From Dehalococcoidia bacterium (GTDB taxonomy: Bacteria; Chloroflexota; Dehalococcoidia; GIF9; AB-539-J10), in assembly GCA_030605765.1 (NCBI GenBank), contig JAUWHP010000021.1:1-57284 (forward strand): a stretch of DNA of 57,284 nucleotides, in the 5' to 3' direction. Positions 46,259-54,669 of this stretch are shown here, in pieces. The notes under the pieces are model-generated. The model had not been told where the DNA came from. It ran no database searches and saw only the letters and a program-made list of their open reading frames with translations. Positions within the stretch are counted from its first letter, which is position 1. Each line of letters begins with the position of its first letter. The translations under genes and the position numbers were made by a program.

Positions 46259-47197
46259 TTACTTCAAGCATTCGGCTATTCTCATCTTAGCGCTGCGGCT
46301 GCGTGGGTTGGATTCTATCTCCAACGAAGTAGGCCTGATGACCTTCCTTGATATAAGTTTTAGGCTGGGCACATGCCCACAGCGACATACTATTGTTCCC
46401 GGTGGACATAGGCAGCTACTAGCTTCACGCCGCATAAACTCCTTAACTATACGGTCTTCCAAGGAATGATAGCTGATAACCACCAATCTGCCTCGAAAAC
46501 GAAGGAGGTTAATAGTCTGTTCCAGAGCCACTTTTAGATTATCTAGCTCCCTATTAACAGCAATACGAAATGCCATGAAAGTCCTGGTGGCTGGGTGAAT
46601 CCTGGCACGCTTACGGACAAGGGTTTGTTCCACCACCTGAGCAAGCTGTACGGTAGATGTAATAGGGCGGCTCTGTACAACGTGCTGGGCTATTCGTCGG
46701 CTGTGACGCTCCTCCCCATATTCCTTGATAATATGGGCTAACTCCTGCTCAGGGAAAGTATTAATGATGTCAGCAGCGGTTAGTCCTTGTCTGGAGTCAA
46801 ACCTCATATCGAGAGGAGCCTCGCGCTGAAAGCTAAAGCCACGCTGGGCTGTATCCAGTTGCTGAGAGGAGACACCAAGGTCAAGAAGAATACCATCAAC
46901 TGGATAGAGTTTGTATTTGCTACAGATAGCTTTGAGGTTGACGAAGTTGTCATTAACCAAGCTAACTACTTCGCTATAGTCGCTAAACCTAGCTTCGGCT
47001 ATTCTAATAGCCTCAGCATCAGCATCAATGCCCAGGAGCTTACCACCAGGTAAAATCCTTTCCAAAATGGCAGTGGCATGCCCGCCTGAACCCACAGTGC
47101 AGTCAATAAAATATCTCCCCGGTTGAACCTGTAATCCTTCTATAGTTTCATTAAGCAAAACAGGTACATGAGTTGGCAAAGACACAGTCACACTCAT
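46259..47197 (-). CDS. rsmH: 16S rRNA (cytosine1402-N4)-methyltransferase
   Basis: HVPVLLNETIEGL, DCTVGSGGHA, LLDLGVSSQQLD, ISYHSLEDRIVK. Confidence 0.9.
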   Translation of the reverse strand: MSVTVSLPTHVPVLLNETIEGLQVQPGRYFIDCTVGSGGHATAILERILPGGKLLGIDADAEAIRIAEARFSDYSEVVSLVNDNFVNLKAICSKYKLYPVDGILLDLGVSSQQLDTAQRGFSFQREAPLDMRFDSRQGLTAADIINTFPEQELAHIIKEYGEERHSRRIAQHVVQSRPITSTVQLAQVVEQTLVRKRARIHPATRTFMAFRIAVNRELDNLKVALEQTINLLRFRGRLVVISYHSLEDRIVKEFMRREASSCLCPPGTIVCRCGHVPSLKLISRKVIRPTSLEIESNPRSRSAKMRIAECLK

Positions 47198-47200
47198 TAG

Positions 47201-47623
47201 CTATGCTCCAAGGCTCTCCATAATGTGGGATGCTTGTTCGTCAGATGTAGCTTTCTCTTCCTTCCACAGTTCCTCCTTCCAAAGTTCAACACAATTATTG
47301 ACACCAACAACAACCACAGTATCGCCAATCTCAGCATAACTGCGTAAAGGGGGAAGCAATGTTATTCTACCTTGCCCATCGAAGGAGGTGCTGAAAGCAG
47401 AACCAAAGATGGCGCGATTCAGTTTTCTTAAATTAGCTGGGGTTACTGCTTTAGCAGCCAGGGTGTCAGCTAACCTTTTCCACTCAGCCAAAGGGTAAAT
47501 AACAATGCATTTCTCTGCTCCCCTGGTTAACACCACAGCGTCTCTCATTTCTCGCCTGAATTTTGGCGGCAGAGGCACTCTCCCCTTTTCATCAACCTTG
47601 TATGGATATTCCCCAAAAAACAT
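47201..47623 (-). CDS. mraZ: Transcriptional regulator MraZ
   Basis: MFFGEYPYKVDEKGRVPLPPKFR and a second DGQGRITLLPPLR repeat (two SpoVT/AbrB-like halves). Confidence 0.9.
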   Translation of the reverse strand: MFFGEYPYKVDEKGRVPLPPKFRREMRDAVVLTRGAEKCIVIYPLAEWKRLADTLAAKAVTPANLRKLNRAIFGSAFSTSFDGQGRITLLPPLRSYAEIGDTVVVVGVNNCVELWKEELWKEEKATSDEQASHIMESLGA

Positions 47624-47635
47624 TTTTTAACAAAC

Positions 47636-47698
47636 CCTACCTTTTTTCCCCACTTTCTCCCACTACTATTATAAACACCTACCCCTATATTTTGTCAA
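47636..47698 (-). promoter_or_regulatory. mraZ promoter with GTGGG/GTAGG direct repeats (MraZ boxes)
   Basis: Minus strand: TTGACA (47693-47698), 19-nt spacer, TATAAT (47668-47673). Downstream are GTGGG at 47659-47663 and 47649-47653, exactly 10 bp apart, plus GTAGG at 47678-47682 and 47636-47640. Confidence 0.5.
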
Positions 47699-48057
47699 GT
47701 CCCCCCTGTTAAATGGCTCTATATTCCTTGACGATTAAAGATGGTGGTGATGGGAAATAGCTTAAAAAGGGGCCATGAATTTCTCATTAGGGAAGCGATA
47801 GACGACATCATCACCATTCGGGCCACTGTGGGTAAAGATTTTGCAAAGCAAGATATGGAAAGTACGCCTCTTAAAGAAGCTAACTGACGCACAGATCGGG
47901 ATAGATTTACGAGAAGCCTGAGAAGAGTGCATAGGCAATTGAATTCAGGTTGAAAAATCTCAAGGGAAAAGAGAGAGAAAAGGGTTATCGCTAAACGTCC
48001 TCAGGGATTCTCAAGATATGAGAAGCGCCAGGCAAAGATACTCAGGAAATGCCTGCT

Positions 48058-48549
48058 TTAGCTATGATTGGTTAACCTGTCTTCAAACAGGGTTTTGTGT
48101 TCAATTAACTCAACCCTCAGGCCGTCACCTGGCTTCACCACACCACCATGAACTACACTAGCGAACACCCCCTCTAATGGCAAGAGGAAAAATCCCGGAC
48201 GATGAAATGCCTTTCCAATTTGAGTGATCTCAAGTATAACTTTCGCCCCTATGCACAGCCGTGTACCCACAGGCAAAGCGGTTAAATTTATTCCTTCAGT
48301 CACCAGGTTTTCTGCAGAATCACCAGGGTTTATCTCTATGCCCTGGCTATGCATCCTGTCAGGGCTAATGCTCTCCAGAGCTGATAGCATTTTGTTGATG
48401 CTTTCTATCGCTAAGAGACTAACTTGGCGGCTGCTACCGGCATGAGCATCACCAACAAACCCATGGTTTTCTTTAAGAAAGCCCTGGCTAACAGGTTTCT
48501 TAGTGACTCCTCTTTCCTGACTCAAGCAAACTGCAACTATTTTAGCCAT
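48058..48549 (-). CDS. MOSC-domain protein
   Basis: MAKIVAVCLSQERGVTKKPV..GDAHAG..RQVSLL pattern of stand-alone MOSC proteins; the internal ATG 48549 overlaps the moaC end. Confidence 0.7.
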   Translation of the reverse strand: MAKIVAVCLSQERGVTKKPVSQGFLKENHGFVGDAHAGSSRQVSLLAIESINKMLSALESISPDRMHSQGIEINPGDSAENLVTEGINLTALPVGTRLCIGAKVILEITQIGKAFHRPGFFLLPLEGVFASVVHGGVVKPGDGLRVELIEHKTLFEDRLTNHS

Positions 48550-49033
48550 GCCACTCTGCTTCTTTTTTGTAATCGCTGGCAACATAAGCCCCGCTTTTGC
48601 CTCCGCTCTTCTTCACCAGGCGAATTTCTTCAATAGTCATACCACTATCTATCGCCTTGCACATATCATAAATGTTCAGGGCACTTACGGACACAGCAAG
48701 CAACGCCTCCATTTCAAACCCTGTTTTCCCCACCCCTTTAGCACTAGCGGTAATTTCAATGAAGTCAGCATTTTCAGGCAGATAAAAACTAATCGCAACA
48801 TTGGTGAGCAGCAATGGGTGGCATAAGGGTATAAGGCGAGGAGTTTCTTTTGCCGCTACAATTCCAGCTGTTTGTGCTACGCTTAGCACATCACCCTTTG
48901 CTATCTCACCACGGCGGATAAGTTCCAATGTGGCAGGCTTCACTCTTATCCTACACTTTCCCACTGCTTCTCGTTCCGTTTCCGCTTTACCGGTGACGTC
49001 CACCATGCGCACCCGCTTTATTGATTCTGACAT
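48542..49033 (-). CDS. moaC: Cyclic pyranopterin monophosphate synthase accessory/catalytic protein MoaC
   Basis: MVDVTGK..T.R.A, LIPLCHPL, GVGKTGFEMEALLAVSVSALNIYDM. Confidence 0.9.
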   Translation of the reverse strand: MSESIKRVRMVDVTGKAETEREAVGKCRIRVKPATLELIRRGEIAKGDVLSVAQTAGIVAAKETPRLIPLCHPLLLTNVAISFYLPENADFIEITASAKGVGKTGFEMEALLAVSVSALNIYDMCKAIDSGMTIEEIRLVKKSGGKSGAYVASDYKKEAEWHG

Positions 49034-49035
49034 CT

Positions 49036-50007
49036 TTAACCTCCAATTTGGAACATATTCTGCGTCACTGGTATAATCCCATCTGCCAAATGGTGACGTT
49101 CTGGCTTAGAAGCAACTGCCTTTAGAAATAAGCGCTCTAATTCCTGTGGCGAGGCATTATGACGCAGCGCCTCTTTCAAGTCAATCTCACCATCTGCTAA
49201 AAGGCAAGGGCATAACTTACCATCTGAGGTAAGACGCATGCGATTACAGTTAGAGCAAAAACATTCGGTAATAGGGCTGATAAAGCCTATGGTGCCCTCA
49301 GCTCCAGGTAAACGATAATATGTGGCTGGCCCATTGCCAGTGACACGTAAATATGGTTCAAGCTTGCCAAGCGACGCTATACACTGTCGCATCTCACTGG
49401 AGGACACAGGTTGTGCTACATTGGCAAAGGGCATGAGCTCGATGAAACGGACGTGCCACCCTTCTTTATATGTCATATTAGCAAAATCCAGCACCTCATC
49501 ATCGTTTATACCTCTCATGACCACCATATTTATTTTGACCGGGTCAAGACCAGCATCCCTTGCTGCCTCGATGCCATAAAGGACATCTCTCAATTCGCCA
49601 AGGCGAGTGATGTGTCGAAATCTATCAGCCTGGAGTGTGTCCAGGCTTATGTTGACTCGGGATAAACCTGCCTGCTTAAGCATCGGAATATATCTCTTAA
49701 GAAGCGTTCCATTCGTAGTCAAAGACACCTCATCAATTTCTTCTATCTGCGAGAGCATTTGAACAAGCTTGGGTAACTCTGCTCTCACCAGAGGCTCACC
49801 GCCGGTCAATCTTATCTTGCTGATGCCCAGTTTTGCTCCTAGCTGAGCCACGATTGATATTTCCTCGTAAGAAAGGATCTCGCCATGTGATGCCAGCGCA
49901 ACGCCTTCGGGCGGCATGCAATAGATGCAGCGCAGATTACAACGGTCAGTGACAGAGATTCTAAGGTAGTTTATGTGGCGCTGAAAAGAATCGAAAAGGC
50001 CAGTCAT
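49036..50007 (-). CDS. moaA: GTP 3',8-cyclase MoaA (radical SAM)
   Basis: LRISVTDRCNLRCIYCMP, LTGGEPL, C-terminal CSNCNRMRLTSDGKLCPCL second cluster. Confidence 0.9.
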   Translation of the reverse strand: MTGLFDSFQRHINYLRISVTDRCNLRCIYCMPPEGVALASHGEILSYEEISIVAQLGAKLGISKIRLTGGEPLVRAELPKLVQMLSQIEEIDEVSLTTNGTLLKRYIPMLKQAGLSRVNISLDTLQADRFRHITRLGELRDVLYGIEAARDAGLDPVKINMVVMRGINDDEVLDFANMTYKEGWHVRFIELMPFANVAQPVSSSEMRQCIASLGKLEPYLRVTGNGPATYYRLPGAEGTIGFISPITECFCSNCNRMRLTSDGKLCPCLLADGEIDLKEALRHNASPQELERLFLKAVASKPERHHLADGIIPVTQNMFQIGG

Positions 50008-50732
50008 TTGCTCTTTGTCTCCCTAATCACGGTTACAAGCTTTACACCCTGCACCTGCCTGAAAATGGCGCCCTCGCTGATAGAGCGAATTGCCTTCTCC
50101 GGCTCGACCACCTTTACTCCACCAATGACATCCACTCCGTAATCAAACAGAACTGGTGACAGAGGACTGGTAGGCCCTACCATAACAGTGAAGCTACGCT
50201 TACTTAATTCTAAAAGCTTTTCTATAGTATGATTTATAAACGAAGTTCCTGTGATGCCAACTACATCAGCCTGAGGCAATATGTATTCCGCTGCTTCTGC
50301 TGGCAAATCTCCTTCTCGAGGTCTTTGCTCTATAACCCAAAGCTCCCTGGCTACTTTCCGGAGCTCTGGCACCCAAGGAAAATGGCCTATTATAGCTATA
50401 TTCATGCCCTTTCCTTTCCTTGCCAATACATCAAAGGCATTCTCTTCCACACATTCAGCTTCATTAATATCTATTAGCGAGTTGATAGCTGCCATCCCAA
50501 TAGATGCCTCCAGAAGATTGTTTGACTTGGCATACTCTGACAGTTCCAATGCCGACTTGCGCCTCAAATTTCCCACATCTCTCACCATTCTGTGATACGA
50601 GTGCTCCTCATGAAAAGTAGAGGCCAAGCCACAATTCCTGCTTACCACCGCAGTCCAGAAAACACAGGTGTGTATCTTATACACCGGGCTATCATCGCCC
50701 AGGCTAGAAATTAGATCGTCAAGGATATTCAT
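50004..50732 (-). CDS. DUF4213/DUF364-type protein (putative metal-chelation Rossmann-like domain)
   Basis: N-terminal ..VYKIHTCVFWTAVVSRNCGLASTF.. and central NIAIIGHFPWV resemble the DUF364 family. 4-nt overlap with moaA. Confidence 0.55.
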   Translation of the reverse strand: MNILDDLISSLGDDSPVYKIHTCVFWTAVVSRNCGLASTFHEEHSYHRMVRDVGNLRRKSALELSEYAKSNNLLEASIGMAAINSLIDINEAECVEENAFDVLARKGKGMNIAIIGHFPWVPELRKVARELWVIEQRPREGDLPAEAAEYILPQADVVGITGTSFINHTIEKLLELSKRSFTVMVGPTSPLSPVLFDYGVDVIGGVKVVEPEKAIRSISEGAIFRQVQGVKLVTVIRETKSK

Positions 50733-50739
50733 CTTCCCT

Positions 50740-51849
50740 TCACACTACTTCCCTTAACCCGGTGGGCAAGTTCTCAGGGTGGTCGCACAATAGCGTCTCA
50801 AGGAATGGCTGCCCATTTTTTACCTCCATTACGTTTCTCCCCGTATCAGAAAGAAGCAGTTTAATGAACTCCACAGCAAGCTCCTTATTTTTGGCATGTG
50901 AGGGGATGGTTATGCCGTATACAATAGGCTTGCCCTTCTTGGCCTGGTAAGTGGGCGGAGGGCCAGCTTCCTTAATAATCTCTATGGAGGCTTGCTTGTA
51001 GAAGTCTTCCACGCCAGGGAGTTCCGTACTAGCCTTGGAGAGATTGATATGGTCATCGAGCTCGATGAAACTCAATTCACGCTGCACAGCTACAGAGCGA
51101 TATTCAAACGCATAATCCAGGTCGCCAGAGTCAAGTAAGTGGATAAGTTCAACCGATTTCGACCTCACTCTCTCCACACTGCCGCCGGGCCTGGCTTCGC
51201 TGGCGCCGCCAATCCTGCCTCTTTCATGCTCGCTACCCGGGATAAGGGCGTCATACAGCCCATCGGCGTCAGGGTCGGGACTCAAGCCAAATTCAGTAGC
51301 ATTATCATAGTAATACTTCTGAGCCAATTCAATTACCATTGGTGTTCTGTAGCCACAAGGGTCATCGTCAGGATTGCTATGCCCGTATGTTACGGAATCA
51401 TTCCTGAGTACATCGTACCAGGTACGGTTGCCATTTACTATAGCATCAGAACCAGGCGCGCCATCGCGATAGCAAAGCACCATCGCATTCCTGGCAAAGG
51501 CGATATACCAATCGGCATAACCATCTTCATACAACCTATCAGGAATAAGCTTGTAATCAGCGGAGGCAATTATGTCAGGTGGTAGCTCGCCAGCCTGTTC
51601 TCGCGCTATCGCTTTATTTATCATCTTAGCGCTCCCCCCTGATTCGCATAGAACATCGACAGCAGGGTGAACGCTCTCAAACTCAGCCTCCAAATCCTTA
51701 AATGGCGCATATAAGCTTCCCGCATGATAGATTATCAAAGTTTCTGTTCGAGGAATTCGTTCGCCTTCCTCAGTACAGCCAAACATCGTCAGGACTAAGG
51801 CCAAGGCCATTGTGATTGAAGCCATCTCCGCTATTTTCCTTTTCATCAA
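50740..51849 (-). CDS. wtpA: Tungstate/molybdate ABC transporter substrate-binding protein (WtpA-like)
   Basis: Lipoprotein-type signal (..LTMFGC), IYHAGSLYAPFKDLEAEFE..ESGGS..IIASADY..IPDRL..ADWYIAFARN closely follows the archaeal WtpA pattern. Confidence 0.7.
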   Translation of the reverse strand: MMKRKIAEMASITMALALVLTMFGCTEEGERIPRTETLIIYHAGSLYAPFKDLEAEFESVHPAVDVLCESGGSAKMINKAIAREQAGELPPDIIASADYKLIPDRLYEDGYADWYIAFARNAMVLCYRDGAPGSDAIVNGNRTWYDVLRNDSVTYGHSNPDDDPCGYRTPMVIELAQKYYYDNATEFGLSPDPDADGLYDALIPGSEHERGRIGGASEARPGGSVERVRSKSVELIHLLDSGDLDYAFEYRSVAVQRELSFIELDDHINLSKASTELPGVEDFYKQASIEIIKEAGPPPTYQAKKGKPIVYGITIPSHAKNKELAVEFIKLLLSDTGRNVMEVKNGQPFLETLLCDHPENLPTGLREVV

Positions 51850-51863
51850 ACTAGTCCACCTTT

Positions 51864-52910
51864 CTAGAAAACATGAATTGCCGAAGCCTTAAACGTGATC
51901 CATATTCTCATCCCTTTTCTTAATCCCAGTTCCTCAAACGCCTGACGAGTGATGAGGCACATGAAATCCGGCGGTAGAGTCACTGTGATATAAACAATTG
52001 AGCCTCTATCAGCAATGTCAGTGATTGCACCTTGAAATGAGTTTCTGGCTGTGGATTGGAACGGTTCCTTAGAGATAAGGATATCTTCAGGGCGGAGGGA
52101 GAGGCGCACCTCACCCCTTAATTCCGTTATTGCCATAACTCTTACGCCACCGATATCTACAAAGGTACAGCCATCTTCTGTATCCCCAATTTTGCCGTTG
52201 AAGATATTCCGCGAGAGAGCAAAACGAGCCACAAATTCCGAACTCGGATGGCGTAGAAAATCCTCAGGAGACCCTATCTGAACTATTTCTCCATCATTCA
52301 GCACTGCAACTCGATGCCCCAGAGCTACTGCTTCTTCAAAGTCGTGAGTGACATGGATTATGGTTACCTTTACCCTGCGATGCATCTCCCTTAATTCACC
52401 TTGCATCCTTTCCCTTGTTTCAGGATCCAGAGCACTCAAAGGCTCATCGAGCAACAGCACCTCAGGCTCGATAACAAGCGCTCGAGCCAGAGCCACCTTT
52501 TGCTTTTCCCCTCCACTCAACATAGCAGGGCTTCTCTGAAGCAGATGCGGAATCTCCACTATTTCCGCCATATAATCTACCTTCGCTTTTATCTCACCCC
52601 TGGGGCACTTCCTTAACTTAAGCCCGAAAGCAATGTTATCCTCTACTGTGAGATGAGGGAAAAGGACCTGGTCCTGATAAACAATCCCGATTCCCCGTTT
52701 CTCCGCACTCTGCCTGCTGATTTCCCTGCCATCAATCCAGATTCTCCCTTCAAGAACAGGGTGGAGCCCAGCAATAGCTTCAAGAAGTACAGTCTTTCCA
52801 GCTCCAGTGGGCCCGAGGATAATGAAATACTCACCTGACTCGATGTCGAGGTTAATATCCTGAAGCAGAAAATCGCCTAAATCTACCTTCAGGTTCTTGA
52901 TGGCAATCAT
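51864..52910 (-). CDS. wtpC: Molybdate/tungstate ABC transporter ATP-binding protein with TOBE-like tail
   Basis: GPTGAGKT, LSGGEKQKVALARAL, LLLDEPLSALD, and a C-terminal ~110-aa TOBE-like domain. Confidence 0.8.
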   Translation of the reverse strand: MIAIKNLKVDLGDFLLQDINLDIESGEYFIILGPTGAGKTVLLEAIAGLHPVLEGRIWIDGREISRQSAEKRGIGIVYQDQVLFPHLTVEDNIAFGLKLRKCPRGEIKAKVDYMAEIVEIPHLLQRSPAMLSGGEKQKVALARALVIEPEVLLLDEPLSALDPETRERMQGELREMHRRVKVTIIHVTHDFEEAVALGHRVAVLNDGEIVQIGSPEDFLRHPSSEFVARFALSRNIFNGKIGDTEDGCTFVDIGGVRVMAITELRGEVRLSLRPEDILISKEPFQSTARNSFQGAITDIADRGSIVYITVTLPPDFMCLITRQAFEELGLRKGMRIWITFKASAIHVF

Positions 52911-53731
52911 ATCTTTGCCCTCTTAGAGGTCACCATCCTAAGCACAATAAACGCCACGAGGCAAATCAGAATTAGCAACACCGTCACCGGTTGGGCAGCT
53001 CCCAGTCCGCCAGGCGATTCGAATAACTCAGTAACTAAGATTGGTGCAGCTACAGGGTGATATCCAAAGAAGGGCACGTGGCCGGCTACAATGTACACAG
53101 CTCCAAACTCGCTGAATCCCCGAGCCCACATCAGCACCGAACCTGAAAAAATGCTTCTCCAAGCTAAAGGCAGAGAAACCCGGAAAAATGAGTCCCATGG
53201 TGAAGCACCTAAAGTCCGAGCCACCTTCTCCAGTCTCACATCCACAGCTTTGAAGCCCTCTTTAGCCGAATCAATAAGAAAGGGAACACTGACAAACATC
53301 ATGGCGAAGACAATTGCACTAACCTCATCAACAAAGCCAATTCCTATATTATTTAGAAATTTGCCCATGAGGAATCTGGAGCCGAAGACGAAAAGAAGTG
53401 CAATGCCTACCGCCGAATGAGGCATCACAATAGGTACATCGATGAGCCCTTCCAGGAATCTTTTCCCCCGAAACTCATGCCTTGCCAGGATATAAGCCAG
53501 GGGAACTCCAAGCAAAAGCCCTACCAAAGTAGCTACCAGCGCAGCGTAGATAGTGAGCAGAATGGAGGAGTATACCTCTGTCTCCAGCAGCGTATTCCAT
53601 AGCGTCCCAGGCGAAGAAGAGAATATCGTTTTGAGTGGGGGGACGAAAATAAAGAGCAGGATAACCGTGCCCAACACGATAAACACCAGGTTCATGCTAT
53701 GCAGTTTTGCTCGAATACCTGTTTTGCTCAT
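52907..53731 (-). CDS. wtpB: Molybdate/tungstate ABC transporter permease
   Basis: ABC permease EAA-type loop (..LEKVARTLGASPWDSFFRVSLPL..). ATG 53731 has a GAGGAGG SD 6 nt upstream; 4-nt overlap with the ATPase gene. Confidence 0.8.
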   Translation of the reverse strand: MSKTGIRAKLHSMNLVFIVLGTVILLFIFVPPLKTIFSSSPGTLWNTLLETEVYSSILLTIYAALVATLVGLLLGVPLAYILARHEFRGKRFLEGLIDVPIVMPHSAVGIALLFVFGSRFLMGKFLNNIGIGFVDEVSAIVFAMMFVSVPFLIDSAKEGFKAVDVRLEKVARTLGASPWDSFFRVSLPLAWRSIFSGSVLMWARGFSEFGAVYIVAGHVPFFGYHPVAAPILVTELFESPGGLGAAQPVTVLLILICLVAFIVLRMVTSKRAKI

Positions 53732-53904
53732 GCTTTTCCTCCTCAAATGGAATGCTCATTATCGCAGGGCCATAGCCATCTTGTGGCCCCTATCCGATTT
53801 GCTTCGGTTTCGTGGCTCGTATTCAGCGGGAATCTCTTCCCCAGCGAGGCAGCAGGCAAAATAGAATTGGATGGAGTTATTAGAAAGGGGAATAGGCAGT
53901 GGCG

Positions 53905-53936
53905 ATAAAAATAGCACCGCGCTAAGCAGGGTGCTA
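53905..53936 (-). terminator. Terminator-like hairpin downstream of the riboswitch aptamer
   Basis: Minus strand TAGCACC-(11 nt)-GGTGCTA followed by TTTTTAT, starting about 25 nt after the aptamer P1 3' strand. Confidence 0.4.
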
Positions 53937-53960
53937 CAACATAATGACCAGAATTCATCT

Positions 53961-54075
53961 TCTCTCCTTTCCAAGCACGGGAGGCACAAGCATTTCTACC
54001 CATACCCTCGAGGCTTTTAACCTACCGGTTGCTCACCATAGATTATTCTTTAGGCACAGCAACTCGGAGAGAGCC
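53961..54075 (-). promoter_or_regulatory. Molybdenum-cofactor (Moco RNA motif) riboswitch candidate
   Basis: Minus strand CTCTCCGAG...GTTGCT/AGCAAC hairpin...GCCTCGAGGG...TGCCTCCCGTGCTTGGAAAGGAGAG. P1 is CTCTCC/GGAGAG. The CCGAG, GCCUCCC and GGAAAGGAG blocks match my recollection of the Moco motif, and the genomic context is Mo/W genes. Confidence 0.6.
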
Positions 54076-54147
54076 AATATTTAGCTTTCGAGTATCATAT
54101 CATAAATCGGAGCCGCCACTCAACTCAGCTCCAGAGGCAAATACGCC

Positions 54148-54654
54148 TTATTGTGAAAGTTTCTCGGGAATACCGCACTCACCTCCTTGACCCCTGAGTG
54201 TTTCCACGGCATGAGGAAGAGCCGGCAATATTGACCCAAGGCATTCACGAACGGCTTTAGGGCTACCAGGCAAGTTGATAATCAAACAGCTCCCACGGGT
54301 GCCACTAACCGCTCGACTCAACATAGCGTGAGGCGTCTTTTTGAGGCTCTCGCCCCTCATCGCCTCAACAAAACCGGGGGCGATTCTATCCACTACCGAA
54401 AGAGTTGCCTCGGGAGTAACATCTCTGGGGCCAAGGCCGGTCCCGCCTGTGGTGATGATGACGTCCACGTTACCCTCATCCACCCACGTGATTAGCCTCT
54501 CAGCAATAACGTTTTTCTCGTCAGGGACAATATCGTAGTTTGTGATATGGGCCCCTGTTTCAGAGAGTATCTCTCGAATAGCCTCACCACTTCTATCCTG
54601 GCGTTCGCCACGCCAGCCTTTGTCACTAACTGTTAGTATCCCCGCCCTAAACAT
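54148..54654 (-). CDS. mog: Molybdopterin adenylyltransferase (MogA/MoaB family)
   Basis: GILTVSDKG, ITTGGTGLGPRDVTPEA, INLPGSPKA. Confidence 0.85.
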   Translation of the reverse strand: MFRAGILTVSDKGWRGERQDRSGEAIREILSETGAHITNYDIVPDEKNVIAERLITWVDEGNVDVIITTGGTGLGPRDVTPEATLSVVDRIAPGFVEAMRGESLKKTPHAMLSRAVSGTRGSCLIINLPGSPKAVRECLGSILPALPHAVETLRGQGGECGIPEKLSQ

Positions 54655-54669
54655 ATTTCCCTCTTACCG

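Noticed and set aside
47741-47887. 48-codon ORF (MVVMGNSLKRGHEFLIREAIDDII...) upstream of mraZ whose HEFLIREAI segment resembles the helix of ribbon-helix-helix antitoxins.
   Set aside because: It is too short, lacks the N-terminal beta-strand, has no convincing SD and no partner toxin gene. It is probably another relic or chance.
53743-54003. 86-aa ORF in the track covering the riboswitch region.
   Set aside because: Its first 15 codons lie inside the aptamer. Only the internal ATG 53958 version is worth considering, and even that contains a terminator hairpin. It is reported as an open question rather than a CDS.
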